Assembly (NCBI RefSeq): GCF_009914755.1
Contig: NC_060941.1
Source of the DNA: the human T2T-CHM13v2.0 reference genome, Homo sapiens
Reading direction: 5' to 3' (one strand)
Length of the DNA stretch: 64,000 nucleotides
Shown: positions 34,950-50,135 of the stretch, piece by piece
Numbering within the stretch: the stretch's first letter is position 1
Layout: every line of letters begins with the position of its first letter
Made by a program: the position numbers and the translations under genes
Notes under the pieces: generated by a model
Database searches by the model: none
The model's input: the letters and a program-made list of their open reading frames with translations, nothing else
What the model was told of the DNA's origin: nothing

Positions 34950-37900
34950 CAGGGCTTGTCGTCTTCCTCAGGGTCACTCTGCAAGGGTCGTCTGGGCTTG
35001 GTCTTGCCTCCCAGGTTTCAGGTGCTGCAGGTTTTACACGGCTGTGGTGGATCCAGGCTGGGATTCCCTCTACCTTCACAGCGGTGGGAGTGGTCAGGAC
35101 GACAGACTACGGTCTTTCCACCGTGGGCACAAAGAAGTTACGTTCCAGTCCTTGATCCACACTCGATTACCTGGGGAGAAAGGGTGAACTGGGGAGAATA
35201 AGCTAACAGGGCATCTCTCATTTACCCAGGCTGAGATTGTTTGTGTAATTTTTCCTAAAGCCTGTAGTTGTCGCTGTAACTCAATTTCACCTAACTCTCG
35301 GGGAGTGCCTGGAAGTCCCTGCAATATGGGAGGGGGCCTATGATACAATATTTCATAAGGGGAATATCCTGTTCTTTTAGAAGGGGTACATCTAATTTTA
35401 AATAATACCATAGGGAGAGCCTGTATCCATTTTAATCCTGTTTCCTGACATACTTTCCCTAAGCTATTTTTGATAGTCCAATTCATCGACTCCACCTTTC
35501 TGGAACTCTGAGGCCGGTAGGCAGCATGCAGTTTCCATGTGTTCCCCAATACCTTTGCCCTCTTCTGTACCAAGTCAGCCACAAATGCTGGCCCATTATC
35601 TGAGCCGATCCGTAAGGGCAGTCCAAATCTAGGAATAGGATCTCGAAGAAGCACACAGGTTACTTCACGAGCTTTCTCAGTTTGTGCTGGATAAGCCTCC
35701 ACCCACCAGAGTAGGTACACACAAGAACTAGTAAATACTTGTTACCTCCACACTTTGGCATCTCTGTGAAGTCCACCTGGACATCTTCAAAGGGGGCTGC
35801 TCCATAAGCTTGTATGACGGGCGGAACAGCTGGACCTTGCTTCGCATTATGCTTTGGGCAGGTAACACACCGCTGCGTCACCGTTTTGGCAAGGGCTGAC
35901 AAATGCAAGATGTAGAAATACCGGACTAACAACTTTTCAAGTGACTCCTGGCCTAGATGGGTGGTTTTATGCACAGCCAGCACAACTGCGGCTCCTAGCA
36001 GCTGTGGCACAGCTTCTCTCCCATCTGGTAACCGAATCCATCCTTCCTCCATCACTTGTCCTCCCTCTGCCTGGAGAAAGTCCTTTTCTTCTTTAGAATA
36101 AGTAGGTAAAAGATCAGGCGCTTGAGGGAGCAGGGGTGCTGTGACTGATGCCCGGAAGGGGGCAGATGCTGCTTTTCGAGCCTCTAAGTCAGCGCGGGAA
36201 TTCCGCAAACCCACCAAGGTGGAAGCTCGCTGGTGTCCTCTGCAATGCATAACGGCCACCTTGTGTGGTTTCCATACTGCTTCTAATAATTGCAAGATTT
36301 CTTGTTGATATTTTATGTCCTTTCCCCCAGAGTTCAATAGGCGCTTTTCTTTATATAATGCTCCATGCACTTGAAGGGTTAAAAAGGCATACCGAGAGTC
36401 AGTGTAAATGTTGACAGTCTTACCTTCACTGAGTTCTAAGGCCTGAATGAAAGCAATGAGTTCAGCTTTCTGGGCTGAAGTGCCCTGGGGCAACGATCTG
36501 GCTTCAACAACAGTGCCCAGGGTTACCACCGCACACCCTGCAAATCTCTCTCCTTGTGGGTTGATGAAGCTGCTCCAATCCACGTATAGTTCCCAGTCTA
36601 CTGATGCCCAAGGCTGGTCCCAGAGGTCAGGTCTGCTAGAGTAAACTGAGTCCAATACTTCTACACAATCATGCTTGACAGGGCTCTCTGATACCGGGAG
36701 CAAGGTAGTGGGGTTCAGGGTGTTACAAACTTCAGTGGTTATACGGGGATTTTCACAGAGCAAACTTTGGTACTTAGTGAGTCTAGCATTCGCTAGCTAA
36801 TGATGTCCTTTAGTATTCGTTAAAGTCACCACAGCATGGGGGGCCTTTATGTTCAGGTTTTGCCCAAGAGTCAGCTTATCTGCTTCTTGTACTAGCAGGG
36901 CAGTTGGTGCCAAGGCCCTCAAACATGGGGGCCATCCTTTAGCAACCCCGTCTAGTTGTTTAGAGAGATAGGCCACCGGCCTCGGCCAGGGCCCCACAGT
37001 TTGGGTTAAAACTCCAACTGCCATCTTTTCTCTCTCTGACACATACAATGTAAAAGGCTTTGTCAGATCGGATAGCCCCAGGGCTGGGGCTGACATAAGT
37101 TTTTCCTTTAACTCATGAAAGGCTTGCTGTTGCTGGGATCCCCATTCAAAAGGTCCCGGTCCCCCCCACTTTGTGACCTCACACAAAGGCTTAGCTAATA
37201 CTGCAAAGTTTGGGATCCACAGTCTGCAAAACCCCGCAGCTCCTAAGAATTCTCTCACCTGCCTTCTGGTCTTAGGCTCTGGCAGATTGCAAATGACCTG
37301 CTTTCTTCCTGATCCCAGGCTGCGCTCCCCCTGTCGGATAGTAAATCCCAAGTAATGTACGTGCTGTTGGCAGATCTGAGCTTTTTTCTTGGACACCTTA
37401 TACCCACAGTCCTCCAGGTGCCGGAGTAGTGTGTCTGTTCCCTTGGCGCACCCGACTGCCGTGGGGTGTCCCAGCAAAAGATCAACATACTGGAGCAACA
37501 CACAGCCTAGGTCTCTGGTGGGAAACTTCTGGTGGTCTCGAGCCAACACCTCCCCAAAGATGGTGGGGGAGTTCTTGAACCCTTGGGGAACCCGGGTCCA
37601 AGTGTACTGAGTAGTGACACCTGACTCCGGATCTTCCCACTGAAAGGCAAATAGCTTCTGGCTCTCAGGGGCTAATCTGATGCTAAAGAAAGCGTCTTTC
37701 AGGTCCAAGCAGGTGAAGCAGCTGTCCTCAGCTGGCAGCAACCCCAACAATGTGTACGGGTTAGGTACTGTTGGATGTAAAGTCACTGTAGCTTGATTAA
37801 CCAAGCGCAAATCCTGTACCGGCCTGTAGTCCTTGGTCCCAGGCTTGGGAACAGGCAGGAGGAGAGTGTTCCGTGGAGACTGACAAGGAACTTTAATTCC

Positions 37901-38134
37901 AAAGGTTCTTAGGCACTTGAGATGGACCTGGATACCTTCAAGAGCTTCTCTGGGGACCGGGTACTGTTTTTGCCTAACCAGCTGGTCCCCAGGCTTAACT
38001 TCTATAAGTATGGGGGCTTGGTTGACTGCCAACCCTGGAGGGTTGTCTTCAGGCCACACTCTTGGCCACCACTTAGCCAGAGCTGGTCTTATCTCTTGGC
38101 TCAACTCAGTTAAGAAAAGTCTCCATTCCTCCTC
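34950..38134 (-). pseudogene. pol: HERV-E pol (RT, RNase H, integrase), defective
   Basis: YRPVQDLR, LDLKDAFF, PQGFKNSP; YVDD reduced to YVD; stop at 36797; RNase H IYTDSRYAF; integrase H-H-C-C, QVDF and SDNGP with frameshifts at ~35710 and ~35115. Confidence 0.92.
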
Positions 38135-38512
38135 TCAGGGGACCGTAAGGGTCATAATGACTCCCGTTCTGGGTAACTTTAGCAGCAAAGAGCCATGCTC
38201 TGTAAAAGAGATAGTGGCTCTCAGCTTGCTAAGCAAGTCCCTTCCCAACAAGGGCAAGGGACAGTCAGGCATGTACAAAAACTGATGAATCACTTTATGT
38301 CCTCCTACAGTACAAGTCCGGGGCAAGCAGAAAGCTTGTTTTGCTGAAACTCCCGTGGCTCCGATTATGTCAATAGTCTTTTTGGATAAGGGGGCGACCG
38401 GGGCGGTTACTACCGAATGTTCAGCACCGGTATCTACAAGAAAATCAATGTCTTTACCCCCAACTGTCATCCTGACCATAGGCTCTTTGGGGGCCCTTGA
38501 GCCCAGTCCCCC
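38135..38512 (-). pseudogene. pro: HERV-E protease
   Basis: FLVDTGAEHS active site and LLGRDLL motif, in frame with gag. Confidence 0.9.
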
Positions 38513-40120
38513 TCAGTCCAATAACCCTTCTGCCAGGTTGAGCAGGGCCCCTTCCTCCTTGTCTGGTGCCTCCTGCTCCAAGTCACCTTGTTTTCCTTTT
38601 AGCTGAGAGCACTTGTTCTTCCAATGTCCTATTTCTTTACAATAAGCACACTGATTACGCTGCAAGCTCTGACAGCCAGGCTGAGTTTCTTTCCCGGGGC
38701 CCCCCTTCCCTTGCCTCTTTGGGGGGTCCCCTCTGATTGCTGCAGCTAACAGATCAGCGTTTCGCTGGGCCTGACGTTCATTCTCTTTCTGGTTTTCCTT
38801 ACGGCTTACTGCATCCCTGTTTACAAACACCTGGTTAGCTATTTCTAATAACTGTGATGTGTTCATCCTTGCAAACCCAGCCTGTTTCTGCAGTTTTCTT
38901 CTAATGTCTTCTGTGCTTTGAATAACTAAAGCCATGTTAATCATGCACTGATTTTCAGGGCTATCGGGATCAAAGGGAGTATACATACGATAGGCCTCAC
39001 ACAGTCTCTCGTAGAATTGTGCTGGACTTTCTTCTTTTCTCTGAATGACCTCAGAGACCTTGTTAATGTTTGTGGCCTTCTGGGCTCCCCTCTTTAATCC
39101 TTCCAAGAGAGCTTCCCTGTATCGGTTTAGCCTTTGCATATCCTGTCTTTCATTTGGGTCCCACTGGGGGTAGGTTCCCAGTAACTGGGTCCTTACATCC
39201 TCTTGGGGGTTTTTGTAATCAGTCGGTGCATGTTCCTCTAGCCACTTAGTTGCTGCTTGGAGCACTCTCCGCCTTTCATCTGTGTTAAAGAGGAACATGA
39301 GCAACTGGTGGCAATCAGCCCTAGTGGGGTTATGGGTCTGGATAATAGTTTGGAGCAAATCAATTAGAGCTTGTGGCTTTTCAGTATAGGATGGGGTATT
39401 GCTTTTCCAGTTGAGAAGGTGGGCAGAGGTGAAGGGCTGGTACCCAAAAACACGCCTCTCCACCACGTGACCATCCTCATCTATTCCAGTATACTGCTGC
39501 TCTCTCAGGGGCATTTGTATCCCAGTTTTGTGTCTTAAACGAGCTGCCAAGGGAGGGGTTTCTCCCGAGGCTTCACCTCCTCTCTTGTCTACTGTGGGTG
39601 GCCTAAGGATATGTTTGTCTTGCGGAGGTACAAGCACTGTGGAATCAAAAGTGGGGAGCCCCTCTCCCTGGTAAGGGGAGGGCACCACTGGGATCACTGG
39701 TGCCATCTCCTGCAATGTATCTTCTGATGTTGGGTTGAACAGAACTTTAGGAGTTGGTTTCCCTCAGACGGTGGAGCGGGATCCTTCCTTGGCTATCTGT
39801 CCCTTTGCTACTAGCACTGCTGCTGCCTGCCCTCTTAGCCACTGTGGGGGCTCTAGCACCAGCTGTAACCAAGTGTCTATGCATGGGAACTGGTCTGAGT
39901 GTCCTGACTTACCAGTTACCTTGTGCCATACCTTAGAAACAAGGGACCTGTCCAGGCTTCCTTCTGATGGCCAACCCACTTCTAATGTTGGCCAATCTAT
40001 TTCACACAAAGTTCTAAGTTTCCCTGGTGTCATAGTAACCCCATAGTGTCCATTAAATCCCTTCTTAAAATTTTTCAACACAGTTCCTAGCGGAGTAGGC
40101 TTACTTTGTGTCTGACCCGT
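38513..40120 (-). pseudogene. gag: HERV-E gag
   Basis: (ACG)GQTQSKPTPLG matrix start with ATG changed to ACG; one in-frame TGA at 39764-66; then 400 open codons with MHR-like QRKEESPAQFYERL and zinc knuckle CAYCKEIGHWKNKC. Confidence 0.9.
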
Positions 40121-40649
40121 GTTTCCTCAAGACAAAACACCAAGCTTACACCACACACACACCACAGAACAAAGAACAGGTAAAAAGGGCACACACACAC
40201 TTTTTCAGTTTACACCAAACCAGAATCAAAACCAAAATCCGAGTATCCAGAAGTCCAAGCCAGGTCAAAACCAAAACCAAAATATCAAGCAATTCAAGTC
40301 AAGTCAAAAACAAAAACCAAAGTGCCGGTACAGGCACGCCATGGGTGATCAGGCCACGCTTCCACTCAGATGGAGTGGGCAAGTTCCAAAGACCAGTCTT
40401 ACCAAGTTTCAAATGTCCGGACTCCAAGTGCCCATTCCTTCCCGGTGTTCAGCCACTGCGTTGATCCTCCACAGGGGCCTGCCACGCACTGCTCTGATGA
40501 GGCGTTCCACCGGGGCAATTGCCTACCCGGGAGTGGTCTCAGGATCTGCGTCACTCAAGCTGGCCAGAGTCCCCCACAGGGATGCTCCACAGGGCAGGCC
40601 TAAGCCACCTAAGGGGCTGCCTCGACCCTCCGTCCATCAATTACCTCGC

Positions 40650-40667
40650 TTCCCAGGCAGGGAACCA
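40650..40667 (-). other. Primer binding site, tRNA-Glu
   Basis: TGGTTCCCTGCCTGGGAA, two mismatches to TGGTTCCCTGACCGGGAA (complement of the tRNA-Glu 3' end). Confidence 0.88.
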
Positions 40668-40672
40668 AGAAA

Positions 40673-41167
40673 TGTAGCAGGATGAGTCGCAGACAAAACT
40701 CCTCAGACACTGGATTAAAGAAGGAAGAGGTTTTTATTCGGCCAGGAGCATCGGCAGAGTCGCATCTTAAGAGCCGAGCTCCCCGAAAAAGAAATTCCTA
40801 GCCCTTTGAAGGGCTTACAACTCTAAGGGGTCTACGTGAAAGAGTCATCACAGATCAAGTAAGTGTGAGGAACGTGACTGGGGGCTACATACATCAGCTA
40901 ACAGTACAAAAAGTTTTACAGTGCTTTCTCATATAATGTCTGGAATTTACAGATAACACCAGTAGTTTTGGTCAGGGGTTAATATTATTATCATTTTAAC
41001 CACCAGGGCCAGGTGGTGGCGCCAAGGTCGTCTAGCTATTTATCTTACTTCTGTTTCTTTCCAACTTTTTGCTTTCTCCCTTTTCTCCTGTCTTATAAAC
41101 TAGGGAAAAGGGGAGGTTGGGGAGAAACTGGGAAGGACAACAGGAGAAGTGGTGGTCTCCTACCATA
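40673..41167 (-). promoter_or_regulatory. HERV-E 5' LTR
   Basis: Minus strand reads TATGGTA...CCTGCTACA, followed by the PBS and a splice donor gag|GTaatt at 40644. Confidence 0.93.
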
Positions 41168-42968
41168 CTGCCATAGTAAAGAGTCACAGACTGGGTGTTT
41201 AAACGACAGTTCTGGAGGCTAGCAGTCTGAAATGAAGGTGTTGGCAGGGTTGATTCCTTCTGATCTGTTCCAGGCCTCTCTCCTTGCCTTGAAGATGGGT
41301 GTCTGAGCTGTGTTTCTTCACATCGTCTTCCCTCTATGCATGTCTATTTCTGTGCCCAAATTACCCTTTTTATAAGACCAGTCCTACGGGATTAGGGTCT
41401 CACACACTGTAGTATGACCTAATCTTAACTAATTAGATCCACGATGATTCTCTTTCTAAATAAGGTCACATTCGGAGGCAGCAGGAATTAAGACTGCATC
41501 ATATGAATTTGGTGGGGGGCGGGGACATGCAATTTAACTTATAACAATTGCTTTCCGTGACCCAGCCTCAGAAGTCACATGGCATCCTACCCCATACTCT
41601 GTTAGTCAAAGCAGTCACAAGTGCACACACATTCAAGAAGAGGGGACATAGACCCCACTGTAGAATCACACATGAGATAGGAGATATTTTTGTGGTCATC
41701 TTTGAAAAATATAATCTGCCACAGGCAGACACATCCATTCCTAAAAACAGAATGGCAAAAATCACTTTAACTCTCAGCCCACTGGTTAAAGCCTAGTCTC
41801 ATGGCCCCACTTAGCTGCAAGGACAACCTATGAGACATCTTTAGCTGAGTGTCTGCGGGCCCATCGCAAGCTCTTTGTTTTTAAAAATATTTTTATTTAT
41901 AAATGGATTTTTTTTGTTGTTATATAACAAACCTACATATGTACCATCTCAAGCTCTTTGATGATGAAAGGAGAATGTGGATATTTGGGCACCTAGAATT
42001 ATCTGCTAGAAACATGATATCCTTTGGATGTCATTTAGAAATCATTGGGTCCTATCTCTTCATTGAACCAATGGGAATCCCAAGGCCAAGAGGGAGAGAG
42101 GCTTGCAGGAACCCATAGAGTGAGGGACAGAGGTAAGAGTTCTCATCCCAAAGCAGTTCTGTTTCTACTAAACACGAAATCTAAACTATTTCCTGGAAAC
42201 TCCAGGCATTTCATAACACCCCTTCCTCCTCCTCCTGCAATTCCTCAGTGTGTGCCCCTAAAGTGCTCAGCCCCACTGCCACAGCCCCACTTCTGTGAAA
42301 TAGCATTTCCCCCTGCCCCAACCTTCAAGGCCACTTCAGGCCTCATTCCCTCCAGGAACCTTCCTGCCCTGCCCTCCCTGTTCACCTCCCCAACACTGTA
42401 TTTTGTAGCTTGGTGTAGTCTCTATTTCAGCAAGAAAGAAGCCGTCCTCTTTGAGAACAATTTGGAGTGGCAATGATAGGATTTGCTGTTGCGGACACTG
42501 GAGACAGGAAAGGAGAAATATCTAACTCTCCCTGTGTGTCTTCAGGAGGCCCTGGAGGCACATGGAGTTTCCAGGGCAGAGAGAAGTGGAGGCAGAGCCC
42601 AGGCTCCAAATTAGTGGAGTGAGCCCCCACTGGGTCCTGAGTTGGCTCAGAGTGGGTGAGACAAGGTGCTCAAGGTATGCGTGTGGGTGTCACAGCTATC
42701 CCCAGAGCAAAGGTTTCTCTAGGGCATAGGTCCTGGCATCTGGGGACAGCTACCCCCCAATTTACCCCCGTCCTCTGCTGCTGCCATTCAATTTTGGAAT
42801 AAGACATTGGCCTAAGGGCTGGGCCAGGCTCTGGCCAGTGGCAGAGGTCGGGGGCGGAAGGGTGGTGTCTGGAAACAGGGATAAAGCCAGGCTGGAACCA
42901 TGCAGACCGGGGTTTAGTCTTGACGCTTCCTGACTCCCATGTGACCTTAGACAACCTCAGCTACCTCA

Positions 42969-43451
<483 letters not shown>

Positions 43452-44220
43452 CTATCTCAAAAAAGAAAAAAATCCCAAAACAAAAAACCGTCTTGGCTGG
43501 GTGCAGTGGCTCCCTCTTGAATTCCAGCACTTTGGGATGCCGAGGCGGATGGATCACTTGAGCCCATCTCTACACAAAATTAAAAAAAAAATTTGGCTGG
43601 CTGTGGTGACACACACCTGTGGTCCCAGCTACTTGGGAAGCTGAGATGGGAGGATCCCTTGAGCCATGAGGCAGAGGCTATAGTGAACATGATCATGCCA
43701 CTGCACTCCAGCCTGGGTGACAGAGTGAGAGCCTGTCTAAAAAAAAAAAAAGCAAGCCATCCCCCGGCTCCTCATACAGCTTGAACTTCCTTGCAGAACC
43801 TTTGCTTCTTCATCTCCTCCCGCTGCCCCCACCAGGCCCAGAACAGATGTGCAATAAATGACCACTCGTTGGTCATTCACTGAAAGCAGCAGAGATTGCA
43901 GTTAGACAGCTAAGACCGGGGCTGTGATGGAGGACACAGTGCAGGCCAAACTGCTGCCCTGGGGTCACGTATGTGGAGACCCCATTCCCTTTGCTCCTTT
44001 ACCTGCCTCGTTCACTCTGTGACCTCAGGTGTTTCTGGGGTGTTCCTCTCCTAGTCTCATAGCACTTACTCCATCCCCATCACTGCCAGTGGCCATCCTC
44101 CTTGTGCCAGAGGGCATGGTGTTGGGCAGGGGAAGAGGCACCACTATCATCTTCATTTAGTGCATCTGCAGGCCGTGAATTGGTGATTTCAGATCAGGGC
44201 TCTGTGGCAAGCACTATGGG

Positions 44221-45446
<1,226 letters not shown>

Positions 45447-45490
45447 GGAATACATGAAGATGAGCGAGCATTGCTGTGTTCTAGACATGG

Positions 45491-46378
<888 letters not shown>

Positions 46379-48499
46379 TGAGTCAATCCCTAGACCCACG
46401 TCTGTCAGGTGGGGCTGGGTCCCGACACGAATAGCAGCCAGAACAGGTCCCTCCAGGCCATGGTCCTGTGGAAGCTTCAACCCTTTTAACTAGGGTTGGA
46501 GCCTGGTGCCCCATGATGGTGAGCTGCAGCCTCTACCCACCAAACCCAAGGCCAGCCTGAGACCAGCCACCAGTTCACACCTTGTTTTGCAAGTGGAAAA
46601 CCTCAGTCCAGAGAAAGACCCAGGTTTGCTGAGACAGAACAACTTTCATATTTGCCTTGTGGAATGTAAGTTGTCTGGTGAAGCATTATTGCTCTTCTTG
46701 TTACCAGAAATCAAAATTGAGAGGATCGGCCGGGCACAGTGGCTCATGTCTGTAATCCCAGCACTTTGGGAGGCCGAGGCCGGCAGATCACTTGAGGTCA
46801 GGAGTTTGAGACCAGCCTGGCCAACATGGTGAAACCCCATCTCTACCAAAAATATAAAAAATTAGTCGGGTGTGGTGGCACGTGCCTGTAATCCCAGCTA
46901 CTCAGGAGGCTGATTGGGAGAATTGCTCCAACCCAGGAGGCGGAGGTTGCAGTGAGCCAAGATCGTGCCACTGCACTCCAGCCTGGGTGAGAGTGAGACT
47001 TCATCTCAAAAAAAGAAAAGAAAAAAATTGAGAGGATCAAGGCAGAACACTGATGTTCGCTGAGCCTTCCTTTATTCTCCTTACCTTGAGATGGATGTGA
47101 TGAGCTCATTTTACAGAGAGGAAAAGTGAAACTCAGGGAGGCTAAAGAAATTACTTTCCCAGGCTCATGCAACCAGCCAATGGCGGAGCCAGGATTTGGA
47201 CCCAGGTCTATCTGACTCTAAGCTCACCCTGCCAGATCCATGGAGTTTCACCTCTGGCCCCCTCTTCCCCAACAGTACCCCCACCAACTTCTTGGTGTCC
47301 TGATCTGGGACAGCAGAACGTCAGCACTGAGAAGTCCTTTTCTCCCTACTTGGGTGTCACCGTGTCATTCAGACACAGTTACCACTCCTTGGCCTGAGCA
47401 GGGGAGGGAGACTTGGGGTTGGGAAGAGACACTGGGCAGGGGAAACCTGGGGGCTTCTGGTGGGGATGGGTTAGTGGGGTTGAGAATCTAAGCCAGAATT
47501 GGAGACCTAGGTAGCTATGAGATCTTGAACAAGCCTCTTTACCTCTGTGAGCCTCAGGTTTCTCAGCAAAAAATTGGGAAATTATACCAATACTTTGACA
47601 GTCCCACTTAGAAAAAAAAACAATCCAGGTTTGGAGTTAGACTTTGGAGTTAGATTTTGTTCCAAACCCCTTGTTCCAAACCCCGGATCTCCCACTGACT
47701 AGCTGTGTGGTCTGGAGTCAGTTACTTGACATTTCTGTGCAGATTTTGGAACCTGAATCTGTAAAGTGGGTTGTTGTGGGGATTTAGTGAGGTGACTGAG
47801 CTGGGAGCACTTTGGAAAAGGTGAGGCTTTACAAATGATGCTGGTTTTTAGCACTCCGCTGGAATGGGGGCTCTAGGATGGCTACCAGAAACTGGTACCC
47901 CCTCAACCTTTCCCCTGAACCTAGGCACATTAGTTCTCATTCTGCATCCTATGCACCCACCAAACGGCTTTCTCCAAACCTGGCACCCCACTTCTTTCCA
48001 CCTTGCCTGAGGACCTGAAGCCTCTTCCCTGTTCCCACCTTGTTCTAGTTCCAAACTGCAAAGGATGGCCTGAGTTTCCATTCTTCATCCTGGAGGCTCC
48101 AGCTGCAGCCTCAATCTTCTGCCCCGAGAGAATCCATTTGATTTGGTTTGATCCTTGGGAGATGGGAGGGCCAGCTCCAAGGCCTGTGACCAAAACCTTT
48201 CAGTCACCCTGAAGTCCCATAACCCCATCTTTCTTGAACCAAGCCTGCTCTGGTGCCCAAAAGGAAGGGGTCTCAGCAATGGGGGCCCACAGGAGACTTT
48301 TGCTGTGATCCAGTTTTATTGACTATGCTGCTAGTCTGGCACCCCCAGCACTCCCGTCCCCCTCCCATCTCTGGCCCAGTAGTGGCGTTGCGAGTACCAG
48401 GGAGACAGTGGGAGGAGGGAGTAAGGGCTGCGGAGTGGGAGAGGCTGACAGGAGACGGGGACTCTAGGGGACTGAGGACTGAAAAAGCGGCCCAGCTGA

Positions 48500-50135
48500 G
48501 GGCAGGGACACGTCCTTGCTTGGTCCAGTGACCGTTTACTCTGGACTCTGGGTAAGTGGGCTCAGCCTGCTTGGGGATCTGGAGAACTCCCCCAGGCTGG
48601 GGTCTGGGATGGAGGGAAGGAGTTCGTGCTTTGCAGGGCCAGGGGCCTTCAAAGCCCTAAGGTCCTGCTTGGGTATTGCTCTGCATCTGGACACACCTGT
48701 CACACTAGGAGAGCCATCAGATGACTGCAAGTGTGTGTGCACACTCGTGTGCATGGCTGTGAACTGGAATGTGTCCCTGTGTGAGTGGCTGTGCCGGTCT
48801 GTGCAGGATGTCTTCTCCAGAACCCATATCTGTCTCTACTGTTGGGTGGAGGGCCAGACCCACAAGACCATGGATTTCTGTCCTTTGCTTCCCCAGTTCA
48901 TTCCATGTCCCACACCCTGTGGGTGACCTGGTGTGCCCTTATTTCCCACTAGCTACTGCTGCCTCAGAGCCATGAGGACCTGGATGTCATGAGACATGTG
49001 TCTCCAGGACTCATGTCTCCATTTTCTCTGCTACACTTCTCTAACTTGCGAGGCCCTGGCTGCTGGGCTGCTCACAGGACAGGCTGTCCGTGCCTCCAGC
49101 ACACTGTCTAGGAGGTGGAGTGGTCAGCTCGGAGTGGCCCTTTTCTCTGCCCTCTCGTCCCCAGGCTTGGAGAAATGGATGATGGGCTAAACGGCTGGGT
49201 AGATGGGCCCTGCTTCCGGGGCATAGGAAAATCTTCAGCATGGGCTCTTCCACCTCCACCTCCACCTCCCCTCTGCTAGCTCCTCAGATGGCTGCCGCAT
49301 GCCGCTGCCTCTCCCTCCTGCTCCTGTCCACCTGTGTGGCTCTGTTGCTGTAGCCACTGCTGGGTGCCCGGGGAGCCCCGTTGGAGCCATTGTACCCAGG
49401 GGACAATACCACACCGGAGCAGATGGCCCAGTACACAGCTGAGCTCCGTAGATACATCAACATGCTGACCAAGCCTAGGCATGTGCCATGGACAAGGAGA
49501 GAGATCCCAGCCCCTGGGACCCTGGGCCCACTCCACATTCCTGGCCACACCCTATCCCCAGCCCAAGCCCCATCTCCAGCCCCAGTCCCAGCCCCTTCCA
49601 GGCCACTCTTGGGGAAACAGAGCATCTGTGCTGACCAGGCCTGGGCCCATGTGCCCTGGGCAAGAGGGTGCCTACAGGCGGATATGAAACCGGTGGGCTG
49701 GCACCTGGGCACAGTGCTTCCAGGTATGGAGAAAGAGACAAAGAGGACACGCTGGCCTTCTCAGAGTGGGGTCTTCCCATGCTGCTGCCCCCAGGTGAGT
49801 TCGACTCCCTACCCTGTCTGTCCAGCTCCCTGGGGGTGAAATGGGGATGGTGGGACTGAATCAGGGTTTGAAAAGGTGTGGTGGGGGGTGGAAGAGGGAG
49901 AACAGGAGCCCAGGGCTGGCCTGAGGCCTCCTGACGCACGAGGCCTGCCCCCCACACTGCCATGTTCCACTCTGTCCTCACAGAGAGCTCAGCCCGCTGG
50001 ACTTGTAACACTACCTCCCGCCCCCTACCACTCCACGGGCAGTGCCAGCCCAGCTCTCCCCTCCACACTGTTGGCTCTGGCCGAAGCTCACTCCCTGTTC
50101 CTGCACAGGCTCAATAAAGCAAGTCAAAGCACAGC
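48500..50135 (+). pseudogene. PPY2P: Pancreatic polypeptide 2 unprocessed pseudogene (exons ~48500-48551, 49288-49478, 49724-49794, 49984-~50135)
   Basis: cag|ATG MAAACRCLSLLLLSTCVALLL then TAG (49351), followed in frame by PLLGARG-APLEPLYPGDNTTPEQMAQYTAELRRYINMLTKPR|YGER. Exon-2 donor is GC; AATAAA at 50113-18. Confidence 0.95.

Larger units (their letters stand above)
32347..41167 (-). mobile_element. ERVE-1: Full-length HERV-E provirus (LTR2-family LTRs), probably ERVE-1
   Basis: Two ~495-bp LTRs, 4-bp TSD ctgc (32343-46, 41168-71), tRNA-Glu PBS, PPT, and gag-pro-pol-env order. The ERVE-1 name is from recollection of a HERV-E at 17q11. Confidence 0.92.
31700..41870 (-). mobile_element. 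Nested MLT1 (MaLR) LTRs split by the HERV-E insertion
   Basis: Inner MLT1 32326-41546 (ttagtttgctagggctgc|catagtaaagagtcacagactggg..ttataaca) with TSD attgc at 32321-25 and 41547-51. A middle MLT1-like element spans ~31963-41723, with outer MLT1J/K-like halves beyond it. Confidence 0.65.

Noticed and set aside
40150-40325. Repeats of aaaaccaaaa and aagtc
   Set aside because: Normal low-complexity HERV-E leader sequence; not a CRISPR-like array.
49381-49839. 152-aa ORF containing the PP sequence
   Set aside because: Starts at TTG after the signal-peptide stop and reads through an intron; no secretion signal.
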